DNA of 64,000 nt, taken from the NCBI GenBank assembly GCA_963832145.1, contig CAWHTA010000005.1:54562-118561 (forward strand). The letters are read 5' to 3'. Origin of the DNA: an uncultured Acidobacteriota bacterium. GTDB taxonomy: Bacteria; Acidobacteriota; Thermoanaerobaculia; UBA5066; Gp7-AA6. Position 1 is the stretch's first letter. Each line of letters starts with the position of its first letter. This document shows, in pieces, positions 10,177 through 20,689 of this stretch. Made by a program: the position numbers and the translations under genes. The notes beneath the pieces were generated by a model. That model saw nothing but the letters and a program-made list of their open reading frames with translations. It searched no databases and had not been told where the DNA came from.

Positions 10177-11489
10177 CGTTCGAGCCGGTCCTCCTCGCGC
10201 GCGTCGGCCGGGACCGTTCCCGGGACATCGATACCTACGCCGCCGACGGCGGCTACGAGACCCTCCGGAAGGTGCTGACCGGCGGCGCCACTCCGGAGTC
10301 GGTGACGGAAGAAGTGAAGAAATCGGGGCTGCGCGGCCGCGGCGGCGCCGGATTCCCGACGGGCGTCAAGTGGGGCTTCGTCCCGAAGGACACGAAGGGC
10401 AAGCCGGTCTACCTCCTCTGCAACGCCGACGAGTCGGAGCCCGGCACGTTCAAGGACCGGCTGCTCATGGAGGCCGATCCGCACCAGCTCCTCGAGGGAC
10501 AGATCCTCTCGGCGTTCGCGCTCCGGTGTCGGACCTCCTACATCTACATCCGCGGCGAGTTCTTCGACGGCGCCCGCATTCTCGTTCGCGCGATCGAGGA
10601 GGCCTACCGCGAGGGCTTCCTGGGAGAGAACATCCTCGGGTCCGGCTTCTCGCACGACATCACCGTCCACCGCGGGGCGGGCGCCTACATCTGCGGCGAG
10701 GAGACGGGGTTGATCGAAAGCCTCGAGGGCAAGCGCGGCCAGCCGCGTATCAAGCCGCCCTTCCCCGCGGTCTTCGGTGTCTTCGGCGCGCCGACGATCG
10801 TGAACAACGTGGAGACCCTCTGTTGCGTGACCCACATCATGCGCCGCGGAGCGGAGTGGTTCTCGAAGATCGGCCGGAACGAGAAGAACACCGGGCCGAA
10901 GCTCTACTGCCTCTCGGGACACGTGAACCGCCCCGGCGTGTACGAGGCGCCGATGGGCCTCCAGATGAAAGACCTCCTCTTCGGCGAGGAATTCGGCCGC
11001 GGGATGAAGGACGGCCGGAAGGTCAAGGCCGTGATCCCCGGAGGGGCATCCGCGGCGATGCTCACGCCCGAGGAGATCGAAGACTGCCCGCTCGACTTCG
11101 ACGGCCTCGCGGCGAAGAAGTCCATGCTCGGCTCCGCCGCGATCATCGTCATGAACGAGGACACCTGCATCGTCGACGCGGCGACGAACCTCGCGAAGTT
11201 CTTCTCCCACGAGTCATGCGGGCAGTGCACGCCCTGCCGTGAAGGGACGCCCTGGCTCCATCGCGTGCTTTCGCGCATCGAAGCGGGCGAGGGGCGGATG
11301 GAAGACATCGACCTGCTCGAGAAGATCTCGAACCAGATGGCGAACGGCATGACGATCTGCGTTTTCGCGGACGCGGCGATCGCGCCGGTGCTCTCCTCCA
11401 TCGGGAAGTTTCGCGACGAGTACCGCTTCCACGTCGAGAACAAGCGGTGCCTGGTCGGTTCGAAGGCTTCGGAGGCGGTGATCGCGTGA
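10173..11489 (+). CDS. nuoF: NADH-quinone oxidoreductase subunit F
   Basis: GLRGRGGAGFPTG, NADESEPGTFKD and ESCGQCTPCREG. Confidence 0.97.
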   Translation: MTFEPVLLARVGRDRSRDIDTYAADGGYETLRKVLTGGATPESVTEEVKKSGLRGRGGAGFPTGVKWGFVPKDTKGKPVYLLCNADESEPGTFKDRLLMEADPHQLLEGQILSAFALRCRTSYIYIRGEFFDGARILVRAIEEAYREGFLGENILGSGFSHDITVHRGAGAYICGEETGLIESLEGKRGQPRIKPPFPAVFGVFGAPTIVNNVETLCCVTHIMRRGAEWFSKIGRNEKNTGPKLYCLSGHVNRPGVYEAPMGLQMKDLLFGEEFGRGMKDGRKVKAVIPGGASAAMLTPEEIEDCPLDFDGLAAKKSMLGSAAIIVMNEDTCIVDAATNLAKFFSHESCGQCTPCREGTPWLHRVLSRIEAGEGRMEDIDLLEKISNQMANGMTICVFADAAIAPVLSSIGKFRDEYRFHVENKRCLVGSKASEAVIA

Positions 11490-13159
11490 GCATCCCGGCG
11501 ACGCCGTCGACACCCCCGCCTCCGGCCGCGCCGGAGAAGAAGACGCTCACCATCGTCTTCGACGGGAAGCCGGTGGAGGTTCCGCCCGGCATCAACCTGA
11601 TCGAGGCCGCCAAGCTCGCGGGCATCGAGATCCCCCACTTCTGCTTCCACCCGCGGTTCTCGGTCGTCGGGCAGTGCCGGATGTGCCTCGTCGAGATCGA
11701 GGGGATCCCGAAGATCCAGGCCGCGTGCACGACTCCGCTGAAGGAGGGCCTCGTCGTCAAGACGACGACGGACAAGGTCCGCGACTCCCGCGCCGCGAAC
11801 ATGGAGTTCCTGCTGATCAACCATCCGCTCGACTGCCCCATCTGTGATCAGGCGGGCGAGTGCAAGCTCCAGGACAACGCGTTCGGCTACGGAGAGCAGA
11901 GGTCGCGGCACGACGAGCGGAAGCGCCAGTACGCCGGCTACGACCGCACGATGATCGGGCCGCACGTCGTCGCCGACATGACGCGGTGCATCCAGTGCAC
12001 GCGGTGCATCCGCTTCTGCGAGGAGATCGCCGGCACCGGGGAGCTCACGTTCCTCGACCGCGGCGGGCGCACGCTGGTGTGGACCCACGACGGCAAGCCG
12101 CTGGCCAACGACTGGTCCGCCTGTGCCGCCGACGTCTGCCCGGTCGGGGCCCTGACGACGAAAGAGTTCCGCTTCCGCCGGCGAGTGTGGGACCTCAACA
12201 AGACTCCGTCGGTCTGCCCCGGCTGCAACATCGGCTGCAACATTTCGCTCGAGACCCGGGACGCGATCGTCTACCGCTTCCTCCCGAGGCTGAACCCGGT
12301 CGTCAACGACTACTGGCTCTGCGACTACGGGCGTTTTCTCTCCGAGAGTCTGAACGATCGGGAGATCTCGAAGGCGACGTCGCGCGAAGGGGCCGACGTC
12401 CGCACACTGATCGTCCCGGAGGCGATCGCGCGCATCGCGACCGAGATCCGGAGCGTCGTCGAGTCCGAGGGTCCGTCGGCGCTCTTTTTCCTCGGCTCGG
12501 CTCACCTGTCGAACGAAGAGAACTTCCTTCTCCGCAAGATCGCGGACCACCTCGGGTGCGATAACCGCGACGTCGTCGTGGACCGCTCGCGCACGCGGCG
12601 GATGAAGTCGAAGACCGATTGGCTGGAGGGCGACCATGCCGGCGCGAATTACGCGGGCGCGCGGGACATGGGACTCGCCCCGCGCCCGGGGGGGCACGGC
12701 CTCGACGACATCCTCTCCGGAAAGTGGACGCCGCGCGCCGCCGTGATCGGTGATGCCGCCTTCGCCGCCGCCGCGAACGAGACGGACCCGGTCGCGCAGC
12801 TTCGCCGCGCCGGGTTTCTGGCCGTCGCGGGGAGGACGGAGACCGCGCTCTCCCAGGCCGCGGACGTGGTGCTTCCGGCGGCATCGCTCGCGCAGAAGGA
12901 AGGGTCCTTCACGAACGTCCAGGGTCGGGTCCAGCGATTCGAGCGCGCCTTTCTCCCGCCGCCGCCGATCCGAGCGCACTGGGAGCTCTTCCTCCTTCTC
13001 GCGGTCGCGCTCGGGTGGGGTGACCGGAACTGGACCCCCGCCGACATCCGCCGGCTCATCCGGGAGGAGGTCGAGGAGTACGCCGACGTGACGGAGGAGG
13101 AGCTGGCGGGCGGCGGCCTCATGAAGAAAGGGCTCTTCGTTTCGACGGGCGCCCTGTGA
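11486..13159 (+). CDS. nuoG: NADH-quinone oxidoreductase subunit G
   Basis: CRMCLVE, NHPLDCPICDQAGECKLQD, CIQCTRC and CPGCNIGC. Confidence 0.95.
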   Translation: MSIPATPSTPPPPAAPEKKTLTIVFDGKPVEVPPGINLIEAAKLAGIEIPHFCFHPRFSVVGQCRMCLVEIEGIPKIQAACTTPLKEGLVVKTTTDKVRDSRAANMEFLLINHPLDCPICDQAGECKLQDNAFGYGEQRSRHDERKRQYAGYDRTMIGPHVVADMTRCIQCTRCIRFCEEIAGTGELTFLDRGGRTLVWTHDGKPLANDWSACAADVCPVGALTTKEFRFRRRVWDLNKTPSVCPGCNIGCNISLETRDAIVYRFLPRLNPVVNDYWLCDYGRFLSESLNDREISKATSREGADVRTLIVPEAIARIATEIRSVVESEGPSALFFLGSAHLSNEENFLLRKIADHLGCDNRDVVVDRSRTRRMKSKTDWLEGDHAGANYAGARDMGLAPRPGGHGLDDILSGKWTPRAAVIGDAAFAAAANETDPVAQLRRAGFLAVAGRTETALSQAADVVLPAASLAQKEGSFTNVQGRVQRFERAFLPPPPIRAHWELFLLLAVALGWGDRNWTPADIRRLIREEVEEYADVTEEELAGGGLMKKGLFVSTGAL

Positions 13160-14193
13160 GCCTCGCGGACGTCGCCGTCGTCATCCTGCGGGTCCTCGGA
13201 CCCGTGCTCGTGATCCTCCTCATCCTCCCGATCCCGATGTGGGTCGAAAGGCGCGGCGCGGCGCTCATCCAGGACCGGCCGGGTCCGAACCGCGTCGGGC
13301 CCTTCGGCCTCCTGCAGCCGCTCGCCGACGCGGTGAAGTTCTTCATGAAGGAAGACATCGTCCCCGCCAACGCCGACCGGTTCCTTTACGTCATCGCCCC
13401 CGGGATCGCGGTGTTCTCCGCGATGACCACGTTCGCCGTCATCCCCTACGGCGCGACAGCGACCATTGGCGGCCGGGAGATCCCCCTGATCGGCGCGGAC
13501 GTCTCGATCGGGATCCTTTACCTTTTCGCGCTCACGTCTCTGTCGGTGTACGGAATCGTGCTCGCGGGCTGGTCGTCGAACAACAAGTTCTCCCTGATCG
13601 GAGGGATCCGCTCGAGCGCCCAGATCATCTCGTACGAGCTCGCCATGACGACGGCCGCGGCGGGAGTGATCCTCGTCGCTGGCTCCTTCCGGCTGACCGA
13701 CGTCGTCGCCATGCAGTCGGGGACGTGGTTTGGATTCCTGCCGCGCTGGAACGTCTTTCCGCAGTTCCTCGGATTCGTCGTCTTCTACGTCGCGACGTTC
13801 GCGGAAACCAACCGAGTCCCGTTCGACCTTCCCGAGGCGGAGGCGGAGCTCGTCGGCGGATACCACACGGAGTACTCGTCGATGAAGTTCGCCATGTTCT
13901 TCATGGCGGAATACGTCAACATGATCGTTGCGGCGGCGCTGACGGTCACGCTCTTCTTCGGCGGCTGGACGCTTCCCGGCTTCCACCCGGAAGGACTCGG
14001 CGGCGTGCTCCTCTCCGTGCTGGTCTTTGCGGTGAAGACCGCGTTCTTCGTGTGGGTCTTCATCTGGGTCCGCTGGACGCTCCCCCGCTTCCGGTACGAC
14101 CAGCTCATGCGCCTCGGGTGGAAGGCGCTCCTTCCGCTCGCGCTCGTCAACCTCCTCTGGGCCGCGGGGCTCGTCGTCTGGGGCGTCCTGTGA
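13156..14193 (+). CDS. nuoH: NADH-quinone oxidoreductase subunit H
   Basis: GLLQPLADAVK and PFDLPEAEAELVGGYHTEYS. Confidence 0.97.
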   Translation: MSLADVAVVILRVLGPVLVILLILPIPMWVERRGAALIQDRPGPNRVGPFGLLQPLADAVKFFMKEDIVPANADRFLYVIAPGIAVFSAMTTFAVIPYGATATIGGREIPLIGADVSIGILYLFALTSLSVYGIVLAGWSSNNKFSLIGGIRSSAQIISYELAMTTAAAGVILVAGSFRLTDVVAMQSGTWFGFLPRWNVFPQFLGFVVFYVATFAETNRVPFDLPEAEAELVGGYHTEYSSMKFAMFFMAEYVNMIVAAALTVTLFFGGWTLPGFHPEGLGGVLLSVLVFAVKTAFFVWVFIWVRWTLPRFRYDQLMRLGWKALLPLALVNLLWAAGLVVWGVL

Positions 14194-14708
14194 CGGCGCG
14201 GCTCGTTTTCGACGTCGCCGCCGGCCTGGCGATCCTCTTCGCCGCCGTGATGGTCGTCCACCGCCATCCGGTCAAAAGCGTGCTCGCGCTCGTCGTTTCG
14301 TTCTTCGCGCTGTCGGTCTCCTACGTGATGCTCACGGCGCCGCTGATCGCCGCCCTGCAGGTCATCGTGTACGCGGGCGCGATCCTCGTCCTCTTCCTCT
14401 TCGTCTTGATGCTGTTGAACGTCCCGGAGGAGGTTCGCCAGAAGTCGGGCCGACCCATCCACCACACGCTGTCCGCGATCGCGATCGTGATTTTCACGGC
14501 GGTTCTGCTCGGCGCGCTGAGGGCGCACGGAGCGACGAACGCCGCCCCGCCGGCGGGCGGGTCCGTCGACGGGACGGCCGGGGAGATCGCTCCCGTCGCG
14601 CGGCTCCTCTTCTCCGAGCACCTTCTGGCGTTCGAGGCCCTGTCGATCCTGCTGCTGGCGGCCCTCGTCGGAGCGTTCGCTCTCGCGCGCCGGGAGACGC
14701 CGAAGTGA
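14190..14708 (+). CDS. nuoJ: NADH-quinone oxidoreductase subunit J
   Basis: QVIVYAGAILVLFLFVLMLL. Confidence 0.95.
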   Translation: MTARLVFDVAAGLAILFAAVMVVHRHPVKSVLALVVSFFALSVSYVMLTAPLIAALQVIVYAGAILVLFLFVLMLLNVPEEVRQKSGRPIHHTLSAIAIVIFTAVLLGALRAHGATNAAPPAGGSVDGTAGEIAPVARLLFSEHLLAFEALSILLLAALVGAFALARRETPK

Positions 14709-15022
14709 CGACGCCGAACGGAATCCCGCTCGGGGACGTCCTTCTGGCGTCCGGTGCCCTCTTCGCACTCGGTCTCGCGGGGGCGCTCATGCGGCGCAAC
14801 GCGATCTCGATCTTCCTCGCGATCGAGCTGATGATGAACGCCGCGAACCTGGCGATCCTCGGGTACGCGTCGACGCTCCAGAGCCTGGAAGGCCAGATCG
14901 TCGTCTTCTTCGTGATCGCGATCGCGGCGGCGGAGGCGGCCGTTGGCCTTGCCATCTTCGTCGCGATGTTCCGCCACACCGAAACGATCGACGTCAACCG
15001 CATCAACCTGCTCAAGTGGTGA
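14705..15022 (+). CDS. nuoK: NADH-quinone oxidoreductase subunit K
   Basis: IELMMNAANL and AAAEAAVGLA. Confidence 0.96.
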   Translation: MTTPNGIPLGDVLLASGALFALGLAGALMRRNAISIFLAIELMMNAANLAILGYASTLQSLEGQIVVFFVIAIAAAEAAVGLAIFVAMFRHTETIDVNRINLLKW

Positions 15023-16959
15023 TGCTCCCTCTCTGGCTCATTCCCGCGCTCCCGCTGGCCGGGTTCTTCCTCTGTCTGTTCTTCGGTCGCCGCCTGGGGA
15101 AGGCGTTCGTCTCGGCGGTGGGGGTTGGTTCGGTCGGGCTCGCGACGCTGGTGGCCGGCACGCGGCTCGTTCCCTACTTCTCGGAGGGAGCCGGGCCCGT
15201 CGTCGAGACCCTGGCGCCGTGGATTCGCGCCGGCAACTTCTCGGTCGACCTCTCCCTGAGGCTCGATCCGCTCTCGGCCCTGATGGTTTCTTTCGTGACG
15301 TTCGTCGGCTTCCTGATCCACGTCTACTCCGTCGGGTACATGAAGCACGACGAGACGGACGCCGGGTACGCGCGGTACTTCGCCTACCTGAACCTCTTCC
15401 TTTTCGCGATGCTCGTCCTCGTTCTCGCGAACAACTTCCTCTTGATGTTCGTGGGCTGGGAGGGCGTCGGCCTCTGCTCCTACCTCCTCATCGGCTACTA
15501 CTTCGAGAAGGAGTACGCCGCGGCGGCCGGCAAGAAGGCGTTCGTCGTGAACCGGATCGGGGACTTCGGGTTCCTCCTCGGAATGTTCGGCATCTTCTCG
15601 CTCTTCGGCACCCTCGACTTCGACGCCGTGTTTTCGGAAGCGGCGGCCGATCCGGGCCGCTACGCGCCGGGCCTGACGCTCGTGTGCGTGCTCCTCTTTC
15701 TCGGCGCGATGGGCAAGAGCGCCCAGTTCCCGCTCCACGTCTGGCTGCCGGACGCCATGGCAGGACCCACGCCGGTGTCCGCCCTCATCCATGCGGCAAC
15801 GATGGTCACGGCCGGTGTCTACATGGTCACCCGCTGCAACGTTCTCTTCCGGCTCGCCCCGGAAGCGATGGGCGCGATCGCCATCGTCGGCGCCTTCACG
15901 GCCATCTTCGCCGCGATCATCGCGATCGCCCAGAACGACATCAAGAAAGTCCTCGCCTACTCGACGCTCTCGCAGCTCGGCTACATGTTTCTCGCCTGCG
16001 GCGTCGGCGCCTACGTGGCGGGAATGTTCCACGTCGTGACCCACGCCTTTTTCAAGGCGTGTCTCTTCCTCGGATCCGGCGCGGTCATCCACGCGCTCGG
16101 GGGCGAGCAGGACGTCCGGAAGATGGGAGGCCTCTCGAAGAAGCTCCCCGTCACGTATCGGACCTTCCTGATCGCGACGCTCGCTCTCGCCGGGATCCCG
16201 CCGCTCGCGGGGTTCTTCTCGAAGGACGCGATCCTGGCGGAGGTCTTTGCCGCTCACCGCCCGATCCTCTTCGCGATCGGCCTCGTGACTGCGGGCCTCA
16301 CGGCCTTCTACATGTACCGCCTCGTCTCGCTCACGTTCGCCGGCGAGTTCCGCGGAACCGCTGAAGCGGCGAGCCACGTTCACGAAGCGCCGCGGTCGAT
16401 GACGGCTCCGCTGATCGTGCTGGCCCTCCTCTCGGCCGTCGCCGGCTTCCTCGGCCTTCCCGCCGTCTTCGGCGAGCGCGCGAACTGGATCGCGGGTTTC
16501 CTCGCCCCCGTGCTGCCGCCCGTGCACCTCCCGGGCGCGGAGGGGGCTCACGGCCACCTCCCCCACTCGACGGAGTGGCTCCTGATGGGGATCTCCATCG
16601 CTGTCGCGGTGTTCGGACTCCTCCTCGCCGGGAAGTGGTACGCGAAGGAGGGAGGGCGCACCCCGGCGCGGATCGCGGCCCGCTTCCCCGCGCTGTACGG
16701 CCTCGTCGCGGACCGGTTCCGCGTGGATGAGCTCTACGACCTCGTCATCGTCCGACCGTTCGTGTGGCTCTCACGGGTGCTCTGGAAGGTCGTCGACGTC
16801 CTCCTGATCGACGGCGTGTTGAACGCCGGCGCTTTCATCGTCGAGCTCGTCGGCGACTCCCTCCGATTTCTCCAGACCGGCAACGTGCGCAACTACGCGC
16901 TGACGTTTCTCCTCGGGATCGTGGCGCTTCTGCTCTTCGTCATGGGCGGGACGCCTTGA
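15016..16959 (+). CDS. nuoL: NADH-quinone oxidoreductase subunit L
   Basis: GWEGVGLCSYLLIG and WLPDAMAGPTPVSALIHAATMV. Confidence 0.97.
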   Translation: MVMLPLWLIPALPLAGFFLCLFFGRRLGKAFVSAVGVGSVGLATLVAGTRLVPYFSEGAGPVVETLAPWIRAGNFSVDLSLRLDPLSALMVSFVTFVGFLIHVYSVGYMKHDETDAGYARYFAYLNLFLFAMLVLVLANNFLLMFVGWEGVGLCSYLLIGYYFEKEYAAAAGKKAFVVNRIGDFGFLLGMFGIFSLFGTLDFDAVFSEAAADPGRYAPGLTLVCVLLFLGAMGKSAQFPLHVWLPDAMAGPTPVSALIHAATMVTAGVYMVTRCNVLFRLAPEAMGAIAIVGAFTAIFAAIIAIAQNDIKKVLAYSTLSQLGYMFLACGVGAYVAGMFHVVTHAFFKACLFLGSGAVIHALGGEQDVRKMGGLSKKLPVTYRTFLIATLALAGIPPLAGFFSKDAILAEVFAAHRPILFAIGLVTAGLTAFYMYRLVSLTFAGEFRGTAEAASHVHEAPRSMTAPLIVLALLSAVAGFLGLPAVFGERANWIAGFLAPVLPPVHLPGAEGAHGHLPHSTEWLLMGISIAVAVFGLLLAGKWYAKEGGRTPARIAARFPALYGLVADRFRVDELYDLVIVRPFVWLSRVLWKVVDVLLIDGVLNAGAFIVELVGDSLRFLQTGNVRNYALTFLLGIVALLLFVMGGTP

Positions 16960-18512
16960 GAGAGTTTCTCGGGAGCCACCTGCTCACCGTGCTCGTCTTC
17001 CTGCCGAGCGCGGCGGCCGCGCTGCTGCTCCTCTTCCCGGAAAGCCGCCGGCGCGAGGCAAAGGTGTTCGCGCTCGCCGCGTCGCTGGTGGAGCTTGCCC
17101 TGTCCCTACCGCTCTGGTTCGGGTTCGACCTCCGGACGTCGGGTATGCAGTTCACCGAGCACGAGAGCTGGATCCCGGCGCTCGGAATCACCTACAGCCT
17201 CGGCATCGACGGGATCTCGCTGCTGCTCGTTCTTCTCGCGACGGTCCTCACGCCGGTATCCCTTCTCTTCTCGCTCGCGCACGTCGAGAAGAGCGTGCGG
17301 GCGTTCTCGATCGCCTTTCTCGTACTCGAGACCGGGATGATCGGGACCCTCGTGGCCCTCGACCTGGCGCTCTTCTACGTCTTCTGGGAAGTGATGCTCG
17401 TGCCGATGTACTTCATCATCGGCATCTGGGGGGGCGGGAGGCGCATCTACGCCGCGATGAAGTTCTTCCTGTTCACCATGGCGGGAAGCCTCTTCATGTT
17501 CCTCGCGATCCTCTATCTCGCGATCCGCCACCGCGCGGAAATGGGCCAGTGGTCGTTTCTCCTCTCGGACCTCGCCCGCTTGAGCTACCCGTCCATGGGC
17601 ATCCAGACGCTCCTCTTCCTCGCCTTCGCGATCGCGTTTGCCGTCAAGGTGCCCGTCTTCCCGCTGCACACGTGGCTCCCGGATGCCCACACGGAAGCTC
17701 CCACGGCGGGCTCGATCATCCTCGCGGGCGTCCTGCTGAAGCTCGGGGTATACGGCTACATCCGGTTCGCGCTGCCGCTCTTCCCCGACTCCGCCCTTCG
17801 ATTCGCGCCCTGGGTGGGCGCGCTCGGAGTCATCGGAGTCATCTACGGCGCCTTCGTCGCGTACGCCCAGAAGGACATGAAGCGGCTCGTCGCCTACTCG
17901 TCGGTGTCGCACCTGGGGCTCGTCGTGATCGGCATCGGCGCCTTCACGAGCACGGCGCTGAACGGCGCTGTCCTTCAGATGGTCAACCACGGGCTTTCGA
18001 CCGGCGCGCTCTTCCTCCTCGTGGGAGTGCTCTACGAGCGCACCCACACGCGGGAGATCGCCGACTACGGGGGGATCGCGGGGGTCGTGCCGGTGACGAC
18101 AGGACTCTTCCTCTTCGCGACGTTCTCGTCGATCGGCCTGCCCGGCCTGAACGGGTTCGTCGGCGAGTTCCTGATTCTCCTCGGAACGTGGACGTCGCCC
18201 TATCGCTGGTGGGCGGTTGCCGCGGCCACGGGGGTCGTGCTGTCCGCCGTCTACATGCTCTCGCTCGTGCAGCGCGTCTTCTGGAACCCGCTGACGCGCG
18301 AGGAGAACCGCACCCTCCCGGAGATCCGGCCGAGCGAGCTCATCGCCGCCGCCGTCCTCGTCGTCCTGATGGCGTGGATCGGCGTCCGGCCGAACGACTT
18401 CCTCGATCGCATCGGCCCCTCCGTCGAGCAAGTCCGCCTGTCGGTCGTCGTCCGGAAGATCGACCCGTCCTTGCGCTCCGCAGCGCGCCCGCCCGCGGAG
18501 GTCCGGCCGTGA
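16956..18512 (+). CDS. nuoM: NADH-quinone oxidoreductase subunit M
   Basis: FYVFWE and PLHTWLPDAHTEAPT. TTG start overlaps the nuoL stop. Confidence 0.96.
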   Translation: MREFLGSHLLTVLVFLPSAAAALLLLFPESRRREAKVFALAASLVELALSLPLWFGFDLRTSGMQFTEHESWIPALGITYSLGIDGISLLLVLLATVLTPVSLLFSLAHVEKSVRAFSIAFLVLETGMIGTLVALDLALFYVFWEVMLVPMYFIIGIWGGGRRIYAAMKFFLFTMAGSLFMFLAILYLAIRHRAEMGQWSFLLSDLARLSYPSMGIQTLLFLAFAIAFAVKVPVFPLHTWLPDAHTEAPTAGSIILAGVLLKLGVYGYIRFALPLFPDSALRFAPWVGALGVIGVIYGAFVAYAQKDMKRLVAYSSVSHLGLVVIGIGAFTSTALNGAVLQMVNHGLSTGALFLLVGVLYERTHTREIADYGGIAGVVPVTTGLFLFATFSSIGLPGLNGFVGEFLILLGTWTSPYRWWAVAAATGVVLSAVYMLSLVQRVFWNPLTREENRTLPEIRPSELIAAAVLVVLMAWIGVRPNDFLDRIGPSVEQVRLSVVVRKIDPSLRSAARPPAEVRP

Positions 18513-19963
18513 GCCCGTCCTTTCTGGTCTTCGGTCCGGCCGACCTCGCCGCTTCCGCGCCGGAGATCGCCCTCGCGGCGGCGGGCTGTCTCATCCTCCT
18601 GCTCGACGCTTTCGTGCCCTCCTCGCGGCGCTGGCTGGCGACCCTTTCGCTCGCGGCGATCGCGGCGTCGGTGTGGTTCCTGCTCCGCGCGCCGGCGGGT
18701 CTGACGTTTGGCGCGCGGTACGAGACGTCGGACCTGACGACGGCGGCAGGAATCATCGCCGCGGCGACCGCGGTCCTCGCGATCCTCGTCGCCAAGCCGT
18801 ATCTCCAGCGCACCGGCGAGGAAAAGGGGGAGTTCTACGCACTCCTTCTCTGGGGACACCTGGGCGTCTCCCTCATGATCCGGGGAGTCGACCTGCTGAT
18901 CGTGTTCATCGGGCTCGAGACCCTCTCGCTCTGCTTCTACGTCCTCGCGGCCTTCTTCCGAACCATGCCCGCTTCCTCGGAAGCCGGCCTGAAGTACTTC
19001 CTGACCGGCGCATTCGGCTCGGCTTTCACGCTCTACGGAATCGCTCTCCTCTTCGGGAAGTCCGGAAGCGTCCGGATCGCTGCGCTTTCCCGCCCGGACC
19101 TGGCCGCAGACCCGCTCGTCGCGCTCGCGCTCCTTCTCCTGCTCGTCGGGTTCGGTTTCAAGATGTCGCTCGCTCCGTTTCACGCGTGGGCGCCCGACGT
19201 CTACCAGGGGATGCCGACGCCCGCCGTCGCCTATCTCTCCGTCGCTCCGAAGGCCGCGAGCCTCCTCGTGCTGTACCGCATCCTCGCGGCCGTATTCGAG
19301 GCCGGGCTTCCGGACCGCTTTCGGGCCGCGATCGCCGCGCTCGCGATCCTCTCGATGAGTCTCGGCAACGTCGTCGCGCTCGCACAGAGAGACGTCAAGC
19401 GGCTCCTCGCCTACTCGGGGATCGCGCACATGGGATACGTCACGATTGCCCTGGCCGTCTTCGGAACCGACGCACTCGCCGCGGTGATCGTGTACTTCTT
19501 CGCGTACGTCGCGTCGAACGCCGGCGCCTTCGCCGCTGTCTCCGCTCTTTACCGGGACGAGTCGAAACCTCATCCCGTGGGGCTCCTTGCGGGCGAGGGA
19601 CGGCGCTCCCCCTTTCCCTCCGCGGTCCTCGCGCTCTGCCTCTTTTCGCTCGCGGGCATTCCCGCGACAGCGGGATTCATCGGCAAGTTCTTCGTCTTCA
19701 AGTCCGCCATCGAGAGCGGGCTCTACGCGCTCGCGATCGTCGGTGTGGTCAACAGCCTGGTGTCGATCGGCTACTACCTGAAGGTCGTTTACGTCCTCTA
19801 CATGCGGGATCCCGTCGAGGAGGAGGCGCCGCCGCGCCTCGCTCTCGCCGACCGTCTTGCCCTCGGCCTGTGCGCCGCCGGAATTCTCGTCATCGGGATC
19901 TTTCCCGCGAGGCTCTGGGACCTCGCCCGGCAGGCCGCCGCCGACCTCGCCATCGGTCCATGA
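18509..19963 (+). CDS. nuoN: NADH-quinone oxidoreductase subunit N
   Basis: EAGLKYF, PFHAWAPDVYQG and KRLLAYSGIAH. Confidence 0.96.
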   Translation: MSPSFLVFGPADLAASAPEIALAAAGCLILLLDAFVPSSRRWLATLSLAAIAASVWFLLRAPAGLTFGARYETSDLTTAAGIIAAATAVLAILVAKPYLQRTGEEKGEFYALLLWGHLGVSLMIRGVDLLIVFIGLETLSLCFYVLAAFFRTMPASSEAGLKYFLTGAFGSAFTLYGIALLFGKSGSVRIAALSRPDLAADPLVALALLLLLVGFGFKMSLAPFHAWAPDVYQGMPTPAVAYLSVAPKAASLLVLYRILAAVFEAGLPDRFRAAIAALAILSMSLGNVVALAQRDVKRLLAYSGIAHMGYVTIALAVFGTDALAAVIVYFFAYVASNAGAFAAVSALYRDESKPHPVGLLAGEGRRSPFPSAVLALCLFSLAGIPATAGFIGKFFVFKSAIESGLYALAIVGVVNSLVSIGYYLKVVYVLYMRDPVEEEAPPRLALADRLALGLCAAGILVIGIFPARLWDLARQAAADLAIGP

Positions 19964-19991
19964 GCGCTCCCGGCGGTTTCCGTCCACCGAG

Positions 19992-20657
19992 ATGAGCCGC
20001 ACGCCTGCCCTCTCGCGGCCGGCCCGGGACCCGAGGGATTCCGTTTCCGAGGCAACCGCCTCCCGGCTGTCCGTCTACCTCCGATGCCTCGCCACGCTCG
20101 AGGCGGACGGGAAAGCGCACGTCTCCTCCCTCGAGCTCGCCCGCCGCTTCCGCCTGAACTCCGCGCAGATCCGGAAGGACCTCGCCACGTTCGGCGAGTT
20201 CGGCATCCGCGGAGTCGGATACGAGATCGGCGCGCTGAAGCGCCACCTGATCTCGATCCTGGGCCTCGACCGGACGCGCAAGGTCGCGATCATCGGCGCC
20301 GGACGTCTCGGGTCGGCGCTGGCGGACTACGGCGGATTCCGATCCGGCGGATTCCGCATCGTGGCGCTCTTCGACAACTCCCGCGAGCGGATCGGGTCGA
20401 AGAGCCGATCGGGAGTTCCGGTGCACGACGTTCGACAGCTCAACGAGCTCGTTTCCCGGGAAGGCATCGAGATCGCCGTTCTCACGGTTCCCGCCTCCGA
20501 AGCCCCCGAGGTCGCCCGTCAGTGCTGGGCCGCCGGGCTGAAGGCCGTGCTGAACTTCGCGCCCGTTCGACTCGACGCGCCCGCCGACGCCTACCTCAAG
20601 AACGTGGACCTGAAGATCAACCTCGAAACTCTGTCCTTCTACATCGCTCGCGCTTGA
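19992..20657 (+). CDS. rex: Redox-sensing transcriptional repressor Rex
   Basis: RLSVYLR, SAQIRKDLATFGEFGIRGVGY, IIGAGRLG and LNFAP. Confidence 0.96.
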   Translation: MSRTPALSRPARDPRDSVSEATASRLSVYLRCLATLEADGKAHVSSLELARRFRLNSAQIRKDLATFGEFGIRGVGYEIGALKRHLISILGLDRTRKVAIIGAGRLGSALADYGGFRSGGFRIVALFDNSRERIGSKSRSGVPVHDVRQLNELVSREGIEIAVLTVPASEAPEVARQCWAAGLKAVLNFAPVRLDAPADAYLKNVDLKINLETLSFYIARA

Positions 20658-20689
20658 GCGAGACTTACCGGGCCCCAAAGGAGATAAGA